This document shows, one piece after another, positions 18,534 to 27,197 of a DNA stretch of 64,000 nt (position 1 is its first letter; every line of letters begins with the position of its first letter). A model generated the notes under the pieces. That model was not told where the DNA came from. It did no database searches and saw only the letters and a list, made by a program, of their open reading frames with translations. Location of the stretch: the NCBI GenBank assembly GCA_039588295.1, contig JBDHAB010000009.1:1-64000 (forward strand). Reading direction: 5' to 3'. The DNA is from Gemmatimonadota bacterium (GTDB lineage: Bacteria > Gemmatimonadota > Gemmatimonadetes > Gemmatimonadales > GWC2-71-9). A program made the translations under genes and the position numbers.

Positions 18534-19337
18534 ATGCTTGTTTTGGGTGCCGTTCACCCCACGCTGACGCGGCAACTGCGACAGGCCGCGAGCTACCGGT
18601 ACACCATCGTGTCGGTACAGGCCTGGAGTGCGGTCGTGACCACGATCCGGCAGCGGCCGGTCGAGATCGCGGTGGTGGACCCGGCCCTGGAGGGACCGGT
18701 GAGGGCGCGGGAGATCGAGCGGCTCCGGGTCCTGTTCCCGTCACTTCCGCTGGTGTTGTACTCTCGGCTGACGCCCGACCTCCCACAGGTGCTCTTGCGG
18801 CTCGGACAATTGGGGGTGCGGACGGTGCTCCTTGCGGGGCACGAGGATCACCCAGCGAGAATGCGGGAAGCGCTCACAGAGGAGGGGACCCGCATCCTGT
18901 CGCGCCAGTTGCTGGGGGAGATGGGGGACCTGCTGGAGGATTTGCCCGGCGAGCTGCGGTGGGTCATCGAGGCGATCGTGCGGGCCCCCGCCGAATTCCA
19001 AACGGTGCAGGAACTGGCGGATCGTGCTCGTATGGATCGGCGCACCTGTGCCCGCTGGTTTGCCCGGGTGAACCTGCCGCCACCCAGCACCATGCTGACG
19101 GTCCTGCGGGCGCTGTACGCGCATCGCCTGCTGCAAGATCCGGGGTTCACGGTGGAAGACGTTGCGGCGCGTTTGGGGTATCTGCGCGCCCGCTCCCTCA
19201 CGCGCAGCATCAAGGAGATATTCGGCATGACCCCGGCCGAAATCCGCCTGTCGCTCTCCGCCGATGATGCCCTTTCCCTCGTACGCCGGCGGTTCTTCAA
19301 AGCGAGAGGATCTGAGCGGGATCTGCGGATCAGTTGA
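18534..19337 (+). CDS. AraC-family regulator with N-terminal receiver-like domain
   Basis: EIAVVDP...FPSLPLVLYS (REC-like); C-terminal TVEDVAARLGY...IFGMTP (AraC HTH). Confidence 0.85.
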   Translation: MLVLGAVHPTLTRQLRQAASYRYTIVSVQAWSAVVTTIRQRPVEIAVVDPALEGPVRAREIERLRVLFPSLPLVLYSRLTPDLPQVLLRLGQLGVRTVLLAGHEDHPARMREALTEEGTRILSRQLLGEMGDLLEDLPGELRWVIEAIVRAPAEFQTVQELADRARMDRRTCARWFARVNLPPPSTMLTVLRALYAHRLLQDPGFTVEDVAARLGYLRARSLTRSIKEIFGMTPAEIRLSLSADDALSLVRRRFFKARGSERDLRIS

Positions 19338-19361
19338 GGTCCGAGAGGACGACTAAAGCCG

Positions 19362-20084
19362 CTACGGGCTATCGACCCGCAGGGCAAGCTCGATGTATCG
19401 CTCCAGTTCTTCGAGCGACCGCGCGCCCCGAAACCGTCGCCCGTTGATAAAGAACGTGGGTGTCCCCGTCACGCCGTGTTCCCACCCATCCAGCAGGTCC
19501 TGGGCGACCATGGCACGTGTTGTCCGGTCGTCCAAGCATCGAGCAAACACCCCTTCGTCCAATCCCGTTGCCACGGCGTGTGCCCGAACGCGTTCCACGG
19601 TCAACGCGCCCGTCTCACGGAGCAGTGCGTTCCGGTACTCCCAGAACCCGTCCTGCTGATGTGCACACTCGACCGCCCGAGCCGCCACCACTGCATGGGC
19701 GTGGAGTGCCGGGATCGGGAAGTTCCGCACCATGTAGCGGATCCGATCACCGTGACGATCGAGTAGGCTCGGCAGGGTCTCGGTGGCGTGCCGGCGACAG
19801 AACGGGCACTCGTAGTCGGTGAACTCGACGATGGTCACGGGCGCGTCTGCCCGACCGCGGGCCGGGCGGTCCTCACGAGCTACGTCGAACCGGGAGGCCT
19901 GACTCCAGGCTGCTGAATCGGCGATGACGTCGATGGAACGGCGGTCGGGTGAGCGGCGGATCGCTCGACCCCCAAGAAATAACCCCACGCCACCGACAAC
20001 GCCGACCAAGACGGCCGCCGCCACCATCACGTGGCTCCTTTTCAGGACGATCGCAATGTGATCGTCGTCACGCTGAATCTGCAT
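19362..20084 (-). CDS. DsbA-family thiol-disulfide oxidoreductase, membrane anchored
   Basis: EFTDYECPFC and GVTGTPTFFING. Confidence 0.9.
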   Translation of the reverse strand: MQIQRDDDHIAIVLKRSHVMVAAAVLVGVVGGVGLFLGGRAIRRSPDRRSIDVIADSAAWSQASRFDVAREDRPARGRADAPVTIVEFTDYECPFCRRHATETLPSLLDRHGDRIRYMVRNFPIPALHAHAVVAARAVECAHQQDGFWEYRNALLRETGALTVERVRAHAVATGLDEGVFARCLDDRTTRAMVAQDLLDGWEHGVTGTPTFFINGRRFRGARSLEELERYIELALRVDSP

Positions 20085-20277
20085 GTACCGGGTCGCTCCG
20101 CGTTCAAGCTCCAATTCCAACACGTGTGCTGGGGCGTGTCAACCAGCCGTCCATGGTCGAGCCTTGCTGCGATGGATGGCGAGGGCTATGTTCGCCCCGT
20201 GCACGACGCTGGCGTGCGATGGGCGCACGTTTGCACTCCAGACCGCTACGCCGGTCCGGGCGAGAAAGGAGTGCCGT

Positions 20278-20505
20278 ATGAAGAAGGTCAGGCTCGCATT
20301 GCTTTCAGTTGCAGTGGCACTCGGGACCGCTGTGCTCGCGACAGTCTCCTGTAGCGACGATTCGTGCCCAGGTATTGTCTGCAGCGACTGTAGCGGCTCG
20401 GGCGACTGCGACATCACGTGCGACGCGGGGGAGCAGGAATTCTGTGGCAACTTCGGCTTCTTCGAGGACCCGACTCTTCGTTGCGCCTACTGCGAGGCGC
20501 TGTAA
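20278..20505 (+). CDS. Small cysteine-rich lipoprotein (75 aa)
   Basis: RBS AAGGAG; MKK signal peptide, lipobox TVSC, eight further Cys. Confidence 0.75.
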   Translation: MKKVRLALLSVAVALGTAVLATVSCSDDSCPGIVCSDCSGSGDCDITCDAGEQEFCGNFGFFEDPTLRCAYCEAL

Positions 20506-20667
20506 GCGACCGGATCCGAAGACTCCGAACGGCTGCAACAGCCCACAGCGTGACTCACCGCCGCACGCACCGGTGGGCCCTGAGCCCACCGGATCTCTCT
20601 GCGGTCTCAGTGTAGGCGCGTCACGCTCTCAAGGTCGTGTGGCCGTCCCGGGCAAACGGGGACTCGT

Positions 20668-21699
20668 CTGATCACACCACCTCCACAAACGGAAACCGAA
20701 CTCGAAGAGCGGCTGTCGCGCCCGACCGACGCGGAGATCGTCGCGCTGGCAGGGCTCGACGGCGACTTGCTGGTTCTCGGGGCGGGTGGGAAGATGGGCC
20801 CAAGCCTCGTTCGGTTCGCGTATCGTGCAACGGAAGCCGCAGGCATCGAGCGGCGAATTATCGCCGTGTCGCGCTTCCGTTCGGCGGCGGCGCTCGATGC
20901 GGTAGCCGCGACCGGTGTGGAGACGATCAGGTGTGACCTGCTCGACCCCGGCGCGCTCGCCGGATTGCCGGATGCACCCAACGTCATGCTGATGGCAGGG
21001 CAGAAGTTCGGCACGACGGAAGACCAGGCGACCACCTGGGCTCTGAATGCACTGCTGCCGGCCATGGTGGCGACACGCTTCGCGAGATCCAAGCTCGTGG
21101 TGTTCTCGACGGGGAACGTGTATCCACTCACCCCTGTGACCGGAACGGGATCGACCGAGTCCGATCCGGTTGGCCCGATTGGCGAATATGCGCAGTCGGT
21201 CCTGGCACGGGAGCGGCTCGTGACGTTCCTCTCGCGAGAGCGGCACATACCGACGATCATCCTGCGCCTGAACTACGCGGTGGAGCTTCGCTACGGTGTG
21301 CTCCGTGATCTGGCCGATCGACTCCGGCGTCGAGAGCCGATCGACCTCACCATGGGCTATGTGAACGTGATCTGGCAGCGGGATGCGACCGCGGTTGCCC
21401 TCCAGTCGTTCGCCCACTGCGCAGTGCCACCCACCGTGTTGAACGTGACCGGTCCGGAGAAGCTGTCGGTGCGGGACTTGGTGGTGCGTCTGGCCGAACG
21501 CTTGGGGCTGGAGCCGAAGTTTTCGGGAGAGGAAGCATCGACGGCGCTGCTCAGTGACGCATCCCGCTGCCGAGCGCTGTTCGGGCCGCCGACGAAGGAC
21601 CTGGACACGCTGCTCGATTGGGTGGCCGACTGGGTTCGGCGCGGAGGCAGCTCCCTCGGCAGGCCGACGCACTTCGAGGAACGCGAGGGACGATTCTGA
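20668..21699 (+). CDS. NAD-dependent epimerase/dehydratase (start uncertain, possibly CTG 20668)
   Basis: LGAGGKMG Rossmann motif, STGNVY, EYAQS, RLNYA. Confidence 0.85.
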   Translation: MITPPPQTETELEERLSRPTDAEIVALAGLDGDLLVLGAGGKMGPSLVRFAYRATEAAGIERRIIAVSRFRSAAALDAVAATGVETIRCDLLDPGALAGLPDAPNVMLMAGQKFGTTEDQATTWALNALLPAMVATRFARSKLVVFSTGNVYPLTPVTGTGSTESDPVGPIGEYAQSVLARERLVTFLSRERHIPTIILRLNYAVELRYGVLRDLADRLRRREPIDLTMGYVNVIWQRDATAVALQSFAHCAVPPTVLNVTGPEKLSVRDLVVRLAERLGLEPKFSGEEASTALLSDASRCRALFGPPTKDLDTLLDWVADWVRRGGSSLGRPTHFEEREGRF

Positions 21700-22745
21700 T
21701 GACGCTGAACGTCCGGGCGCGGCTGCGTGAAGGGTTGGTCATCCCGGCCCATCCGCTCGCCCTCACGGCGGGGAGGCGGCTGGACGAGCGTCGCCAGCGG
21801 GCGCTGACGCGGTACTACTTGGACGCTGGTGCTGGCGGCATTGCCGTTGGCGTGCACACGACCCAGTTCGCGATCCGCGATCCGGCGGTGAACCTGTATG
21901 AGCCGGTCCTCGCGCTCGCGGCGGCGACCATGGACGAGCACGCCGCCGCTGGAGCCGCGGTTGTGCGAATCGCCGGTATCGCGGGTGATACCCCGCAAGC
22001 GACCGCCGAAGCTGCACTGGCTCGGCGTCTGGGATACCACGTTGGCCTCGTGAGTGTCGGAGGGCTCGAGGAACGGTCGCTCGACGCGCTGATCGATCAC
22101 GTCCGTGCCGTGGTCGAGGTCATGCCGGTGATGGGCTTCTACCTGCAGCCGGCGGTAGGTGGTCGCGAACTCCCGGTTGCCTTCTGGCGGAGCCTGGCCG
22201 AGCTGGACGACCTCGTGGCGATCAAGATCGCCCCGTTCAATCGGTACCGGACGTTGGACGTGGTTCGAGCCGTGACAGAGGCGGGGCGCGCCGAGGACAT
22301 CGCGCTGTACACCGGCAACGACGACCACATCCTCCTCGACCTGCTTACGCCGTTCCAGTTCGGCTCCGGTCCAACTGTTCGCATGGTAGGCGGTCTTCTG
22401 GGTCAGTGGGCAGTCTGGACCCGTCGCGCGGTGGAGTTACACGCGGAATGCAGACAGGTTGCTATGGATGGGAGTCCCGTGCCTTTCGAGCTGTTGACGA
22501 TCGCGGCCCAGCTCACGGATGCGAACGGCGCGATCTTCGACGCCACGCACGGCTTCGGGGGATGTCTGCCTGGGATTCATGAGGTCCTGCGGCGTCAGCG
22601 ACTATTGGCAGGCACGTGGTGTCTCGAGCGCACGGAGACTCTTGCGCCAGGCCAGCTGGAGGAGATCGACCGCGTGCTTGCGGCCTATCCGCACCTCACT
22701 GACGACGCATTCGTTGCGGAACACCTGGATCGGTGGCTGCGTTAA
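21699..22745 (+). CDS. Dihydrodipicolinate synthase family protein
   Basis: VIPAHPLAL, GVHTTQF, FYLQPAVGG, IKIAPF; coupled to the epimerase by a TGATG overlap. Confidence 0.88.
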   Translation: MTLNVRARLREGLVIPAHPLALTAGRRLDERRQRALTRYYLDAGAGGIAVGVHTTQFAIRDPAVNLYEPVLALAAATMDEHAAAGAAVVRIAGIAGDTPQATAEAALARRLGYHVGLVSVGGLEERSLDALIDHVRAVVEVMPVMGFYLQPAVGGRELPVAFWRSLAELDDLVAIKIAPFNRYRTLDVVRAVTEAGRAEDIALYTGNDDHILLDLLTPFQFGSGPTVRMVGGLLGQWAVWTRRAVELHAECRQVAMDGSPVPFELLTIAAQLTDANGAIFDATHGFGGCLPGIHEVLRRQRLLAGTWCLERTETLAPGQLEEIDRVLAAYPHLTDDAFVAEHLDRWLR

Positions 22746-22839
22746 CAGTTGTGTGCCGACTTGCGAATTCCTCATGTCTCGGTCATTTATGCGATTCGTG
22801 CGATCAGCGTTTGATCGTCCGCCCGATCTTTGATTCAAG

Positions 22840-23355
22840 TTGAGGCGCTTCGTCTTGCTGCCAAAGGTCTTTCATAACGGTTTCGTCGTCGGTGCCATTG
22901 GTGCAAGCGCCGTCGCGGTGTGGTTCCTCGTGGTCGACCTCGTGGGCGGGCGTCCGTTCGCCACTCCGGCATTGCTGGGTTCAGCCGTGTTTTGGGGAGT
23001 CCGCGACCCCACCGACGTGCAAATCACCTACGCGGCGGTGGTCGGCTACACAATGCTCCACGCCGTGGCCTTCTTCGCGGTCGGCGTGATTGCCGCCGCG
23101 TTCGCGTGCATGGTGGAGCGTTTTCCGTCGACGTTGTTCCTTATCGTTGTGTTCTTCGCAGTCTTCGAGTTCGGCTTCTACGTTCTCGTTGCGCTCATGG
23201 CGCAGCCGCTCCTGGGAGCGCTCGCCTGGTGGAGCGTGGCGTTGGGCAACCTCATCGCGGCTGGTGGCATGGGCTACTACCTATGGCAGGCCCACCCACG
23301 CATTCGCGAATCCCTGGCATTGCATCCGCTCGGCGATATCGCGGACGGCGAGTAG
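22840..23355 (+). CDS. Integral membrane protein, unknown function
   Basis: Four hydrophobic segments. Confidence 0.7.
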   Translation: MRRFVLLPKVFHNGFVVGAIGASAVAVWFLVVDLVGGRPFATPALLGSAVFWGVRDPTDVQITYAAVVGYTMLHAVAFFAVGVIAAAFACMVERFPSTLFLIVVFFAVFEFGFYVLVALMAQPLLGALAWWSVALGNLIAAGGMGYYLWQAHPRIRESLALHPLGDIADGE

Positions 23356-23538
23356 GCTCGTGCCTCGGGTGGGCCGTTCTCTCCCACCTGGGATACCTGA
23401 TCGACCTTGTTGCTGATTCGTTGTTCTTGCCCTGGCTCTCGTATCTCCCGAGCCGTATCATAGCCTCACGTACCGATCGGCTCCCGTGGCTTCGTGTTCA
23501 ACTTCCTCGAGCGCCGTGATGGCGCCCACGATCAGGAC

Positions 23539-24921
23539 ATGGACACGATCAAGTTCACGCTCATCAATCCGACGTCTCCGCTCTGGCGCGCTCGTCCGGG
23601 AACACGTCCGCGCGGGGCCCGCGTGTTCCGATTCTCGATGCTCCCGAGTCTCCAAGTTGCGGCATCCATGCCACCGGGCGTGGAGACTCGGATCGTCGAT
23701 GAAGATGTCGAGCCAATCGATTTCGATCTCGAGGCGGATCTCGTCGGCATCTCGTTCATGACCTTCAACGCCCCAAGGGCGTACGCGATCGCCGATCGGT
23801 TGCGGCGCGAGAAAGGCAAGACGGTGATCCTCGGTGGGTACCATCCCACGTTCTTGCCCGAGGAGGCGATTCAACACGCGGATGCCGTGTGCATCGGTGA
23901 GGCAGAGCACAACGTACCGCGTATGGCAGAGGATTTCGCCGCTGGACGCCTCCAGCCGTTCTACCGGAGCGATCTCGTGGATCTGAAGGGCTTGCCAGTG
24001 CCTGATCGAAATCTCATTCGCAGGCGGGCATACATCACGGTCGATGCGTTGCAGGCCACACGAGGTTGCCCGTACCGCTGCAAGTTCTGCTCGATTGCGG
24101 CCTTTCACCGCTACCGCATACGGACGCGCCCCGTCGACGAAGTTGTCGAGGAGCTAAAGACGCTCGGCCGATACGTGGCCTTCATGGACGACAACATCAT
24201 CGGGGACCGCGACTACGCCGTGCAGCTCTTCGGTGCCATGATACCGCTGGGGAAGCGATGGTTCAGCCAGTGTGGTGTTGGCATCGCCTACGATGAGGAG
24301 CTGCTGCGGTTGGCGGTCCGGAGCGGGTGCCGCGGCCTATTCGTCGGCTTGGAATCGCTGTCGCAGGAGAATCTCAACGGCTGGTGTAAGCACGGCAACC
24401 GGGCGAAGGACTATTGTCGCCTCATTCGCAGGTTACACGAGGCCGGGGTCGGCGTGTATGCCGGCGTCGTCTTCGGCAGTGACGCCGACACCCCTGAGAC
24501 CTTCGAAGCAACGCTCGAGTTTCTGCTTGACGCGAACGTCGACGCACTTCAGGCGACGAGGCTCACGCCGTTTCCAGGCACACCGCTGTTCGACGATATG
24601 GAGCGGGCAGGACGCATCGTTGATCGGGAATGGGCGCATTACGATTTCTCGCACGTCGTGTTCGAGCCACTGCACATGAGTCCCACCACGCTCGATCGGG
24701 GGACGGCTTGGGTCCTGCGACAGTTCTATGCTCGGCGGAAGATCGTGCAGCGGCTATGGAAGGAGCTCAGGTATCTCAGCCCGGCGGCGTTCTCGCGCGT
24801 TGCCATTCCGTTGAACTTCGGGTACCGCCACAGGCTGGGAACGAATGGCACGCTTGGCCGGGGCAGGGCGTTCGTTCCGCCGTCGAGGGGGTTCGAGCGA
24901 GAGCCCAGACGTGACTCATGA
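23539..24921 (+). CDS. B12-binding domain radical SAM protein
   Basis: LGGYHPT, GEAE, RGCPYRCKFC (CxxxCxxC), DDN, TPFPGT. Confidence 0.9.
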   Translation: MDTIKFTLINPTSPLWRARPGTRPRGARVFRFSMLPSLQVAASMPPGVETRIVDEDVEPIDFDLEADLVGISFMTFNAPRAYAIADRLRREKGKTVILGGYHPTFLPEEAIQHADAVCIGEAEHNVPRMAEDFAAGRLQPFYRSDLVDLKGLPVPDRNLIRRRAYITVDALQATRGCPYRCKFCSIAAFHRYRIRTRPVDEVVEELKTLGRYVAFMDDNIIGDRDYAVQLFGAMIPLGKRWFSQCGVGIAYDEELLRLAVRSGCRGLFVGLESLSQENLNGWCKHGNRAKDYCRLIRRLHEAGVGVYAGVVFGSDADTPETFEATLEFLLDANVDALQATRLTPFPGTPLFDDMERAGRIVDREWAHYDFSHVVFEPLHMSPTTLDRGTAWVLRQFYARRKIVQRLWKELRYLSPAAFSRVAIPLNFGYRHRLGTNGTLGRGRAFVPPSRGFEREPRRDS

Positions 24922-24952
24922 GCATTTCTCGGGGTATGCATGGCGGACCGAG

Positions 24953-25378
24953 ATGCAATCGACACCCATGACCCGCTTCTGCCTGCTTGCGAGTGCCGGA
25001 GTGTTTCTGGCCGTCCTGGGGACCTCGGCGTGTGAGGACCTTGAGAGCCAGTGTGCCTGTACCCTGGAGTTCCGGACGTACACGGCCACGGTAGTCGACG
25101 ACACGGGCAGCCTGGTGCCCGACGTCATCGTCACCCGAACCAATCTCCGTACCGGCGCGACGTTGGAGCCGACCTGGCTGGGCATGCTGCAGCCGGGCGT
25201 GTACCTCTTGGCGGATGACGGGTTGCGCGACGCGTTCTCGAGCAACGGAGATACGCTGCGGGTCACGGGCGCCAAGGGTAACGACACATTTTCCGCCGAT
25301 TTCGTGTTCGCCGTTCCAGATCCGTGCCGTTGCCACGTGCAGAAACTGGCCGGACCGGACACGGTGGTGATTGGGTAG
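24953..25378 (+). CDS. Hypothetical lipoprotein
   Basis: Lipobox TSAC; CACTLEF and CRCH cysteine pairs. Confidence 0.65.
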   Translation: MQSTPMTRFCLLASAGVFLAVLGTSACEDLESQCACTLEFRTYTATVVDDTGSLVPDVIVTRTNLRTGATLEPTWLGMLQPGVYLLADDGLRDAFSSNGDTLRVTGAKGNDTFSADFVFAVPDPCRCHVQKLAGPDTVVIG

Positions 25379-25466
25379 GCGAACGGCGTTACGCGGCGTT
25401 CCCTTCGCCAACTCGTGGTGCTGTGTTATCTTAGATAACCTATATCCCGAGACCGGAGACTGGTTC

Positions 25467-25664
25467 ATGGCAAGACCGGGTCCGGCGAGCCACGCCAAAC
25501 GCAAGCGCGAGTTCGCCAAGAAGGAGAAGCGACAGGCTAAGCTGGAGCGTCGTGCGCTGAGGAAGGAGCAGAAGGGGCAGCAGCCAGCTCCCACCGTTGA
25601 ACCTGGGCAGGATCCTGATCTGATCGGAATCGTTCCAGGCCCCCAGGCGCCAATCATCGACTGA
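25467..25664 (+). CDS. Small basic protein
   Basis: KRKREFAKKEKRQAKLERR...DPDLIGIVPGPQ; RBS GGAG. Confidence 0.7.
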   Translation: MARPGPASHAKRKREFAKKEKRQAKLERRALRKEQKGQQPAPTVEPGQDPDLIGIVPGPQAPIID

Positions 25665-25700
25665 CAGCCCCGGGTGGGGACTCACTAGGGGTTTCCGTCC

Positions 25701-26435
25701 GTGCTCACGCTCGTCGCGGTCTTCGCTGCCGGCCTCACCGCAGGCTTTCTCAACGTAATGGCCGGCGGTGGGTCGCTCATCACGCTACCCATCCTCATCT
25801 TTCTCGGCCTTCCCGTTGCCGTTGCCAACGGCACGAACCGGGTCGCCATCCTCGTGCAAAATGTCGCGGCGGTGAGCAGCTTTCGCCGCCAGGGCTACCG
25901 AGACGCGCGCGCGGGGCTCGCCTTTGCCCTCACGACGATTCCGGGTGCCATCGTCGGTGCGTTCCTGGCCGTTCGGGTCGGCGAGGCAACGTTCCGCGCG
26001 ATTCTGGCCGGTGTGCTGGCCGTCGCCGTGGTCGGCCTCGTGTTCCCGACTCGGAAGCGGGGCACGCCCGCCGAGGCGGGGACGCGGGTTCGCGCCATTG
26101 CGTTCCTCGCGTTTTTCGGCATCGGCTTCTATGGCGGGTTCATTCAGGCGGGCGTGGGGTTCCTGCTGATGCTCGTGCTGCACCAGCTTCTCCGCTTCGA
26201 TCTGGTGCGGACCAACATGCACAAGGTGCTCATCATCCTCGTCTTCAGTCTTCCCGCGCTCATGGTGTTTGTCGCCACCGGCAACGTCGCCTGGACTACG
26301 GCCGGTGCGCTTGCCGTCGGGAATGCCCTGGGGGCGATCGTGGCCACGCGTGTATCGGTCGCGGGTGGGGAGCGGCCGGTCCGAATCGTGGTGGGAGTTG
26401 CCTTGCTGCTGATGGCGGTACGGCTGGTCTGGTAA
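25701..26435 (+). CDS. TauE/SafE family sulfite exporter
   Basis: AGFLNVMAGGGSL, ANGTNR, GFYGGFIQAGVG. Confidence 0.9.
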   Translation: MLTLVAVFAAGLTAGFLNVMAGGGSLITLPILIFLGLPVAVANGTNRVAILVQNVAAVSSFRRQGYRDARAGLAFALTTIPGAIVGAFLAVRVGEATFRAILAGVLAVAVVGLVFPTRKRGTPAEAGTRVRAIAFLAFFGIGFYGGFIQAGVGFLLMLVLHQLLRFDLVRTNMHKVLIILVFSLPALMVFVATGNVAWTTAGALAVGNALGAIVATRVSVAGGERPVRIVVGVALLLMAVRLVW

Positions 26436-26522
26436 ACGCAGCGTCTTCAGGGTGGGCTGCACTTGACGCTTGCTTGACGCGACCCACGTAAATGGGAAGC
26501 AACCGCAGCCCCGGGGGCGATC

Positions 26523-27113
26523 GTGCGGAGCTTCCTCCTTCCATCGCTCGTGCTTCTCCTCAGCCCACTGGCAAGCGCCGTGGGACAAGAGGCGCGCCTG
26601 GCGCCCGGCCAACGCGTCCGGGTCACGGCTCACACGTGCCAGCTCCGCCGCACACCGGTGACCTTCGTGGCATTTCGCGCTGACAGCATGCATGTGCGGT
26701 ACGTCAAGAAACGCCTCGACCACGGCAGCGTTGTCACCGATTCGCTGAGCGCAGCGGTGCCGCTTGCAGCCGTGACGAAGCTCGAGGTCCCTGCCGGACG
26801 GCGGTCCAACTGGGACAAGGGCGCCCGCAGCGGTGCGATCGTCGGGGGGCTGGTTGGGTTGGGCTTTGGCGCCCTGTTGGTGGCGGACTGCGGCGACGAC
26901 AGAGGGTTGCTCTGCCCCGGGGACGGAGGCGAACAAGCAAAGGCGATCGTAGTCTCCGCGGCCGTGTTGGGCATGGCCGGAGGCGTCCTGGGCACCGTGA
27001 TCGGCGCGATGTCATCCCGAGAGGTATGGCAGGAGGTGCCGGTTGGACGCCCGCGCGTCGCCGTCTTCCCCACACCGACCGGCCTCGCGGTGGGGGCGGC
27101 GATCAGGTTCTGA
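26523..27113 (+). CDS. Hypothetical secreted/membrane protein with glycine-zipper helices
   Basis: Signal peptide; GAIVGGLVGLGFG and GGVLGTVIG. Confidence 0.65.
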   Translation: MRSFLLPSLVLLLSPLASAVGQEARLAPGQRVRVTAHTCQLRRTPVTFVAFRADSMHVRYVKKRLDHGSVVTDSLSAAVPLAAVTKLEVPAGRRSNWDKGARSGAIVGGLVGLGFGALLVADCGDDRGLLCPGDGGEQAKAIVVSAAVLGMAGGVLGTVIGAMSSREVWQEVPVGRPRVAVFPTPTGLAVGAAIRF

Positions 27114-27144
27114 GTTAGGCGCGACCCACGTTGGAAACGAACGA

Positions 27145-27170
27145 CGGGGCCGGTTCGAGAACCGGCCCCG
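27145..27170. terminator. Hairpin between convergent genes (probable terminator)
   Basis: CGGGGCCGGTT-cgag-AACCGGCCCCG. Confidence 0.7.
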
Positions 27171-27197
27171 CTTGTTGGCCGACCGTGATCGCTTCCG

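Noticed and set aside
23539..24921. Radical SAM enzyme as maturase of the small peptides
   Set aside because: B12-binding type without SPASM or RRE features, and not adjacent to any of the peptide genes
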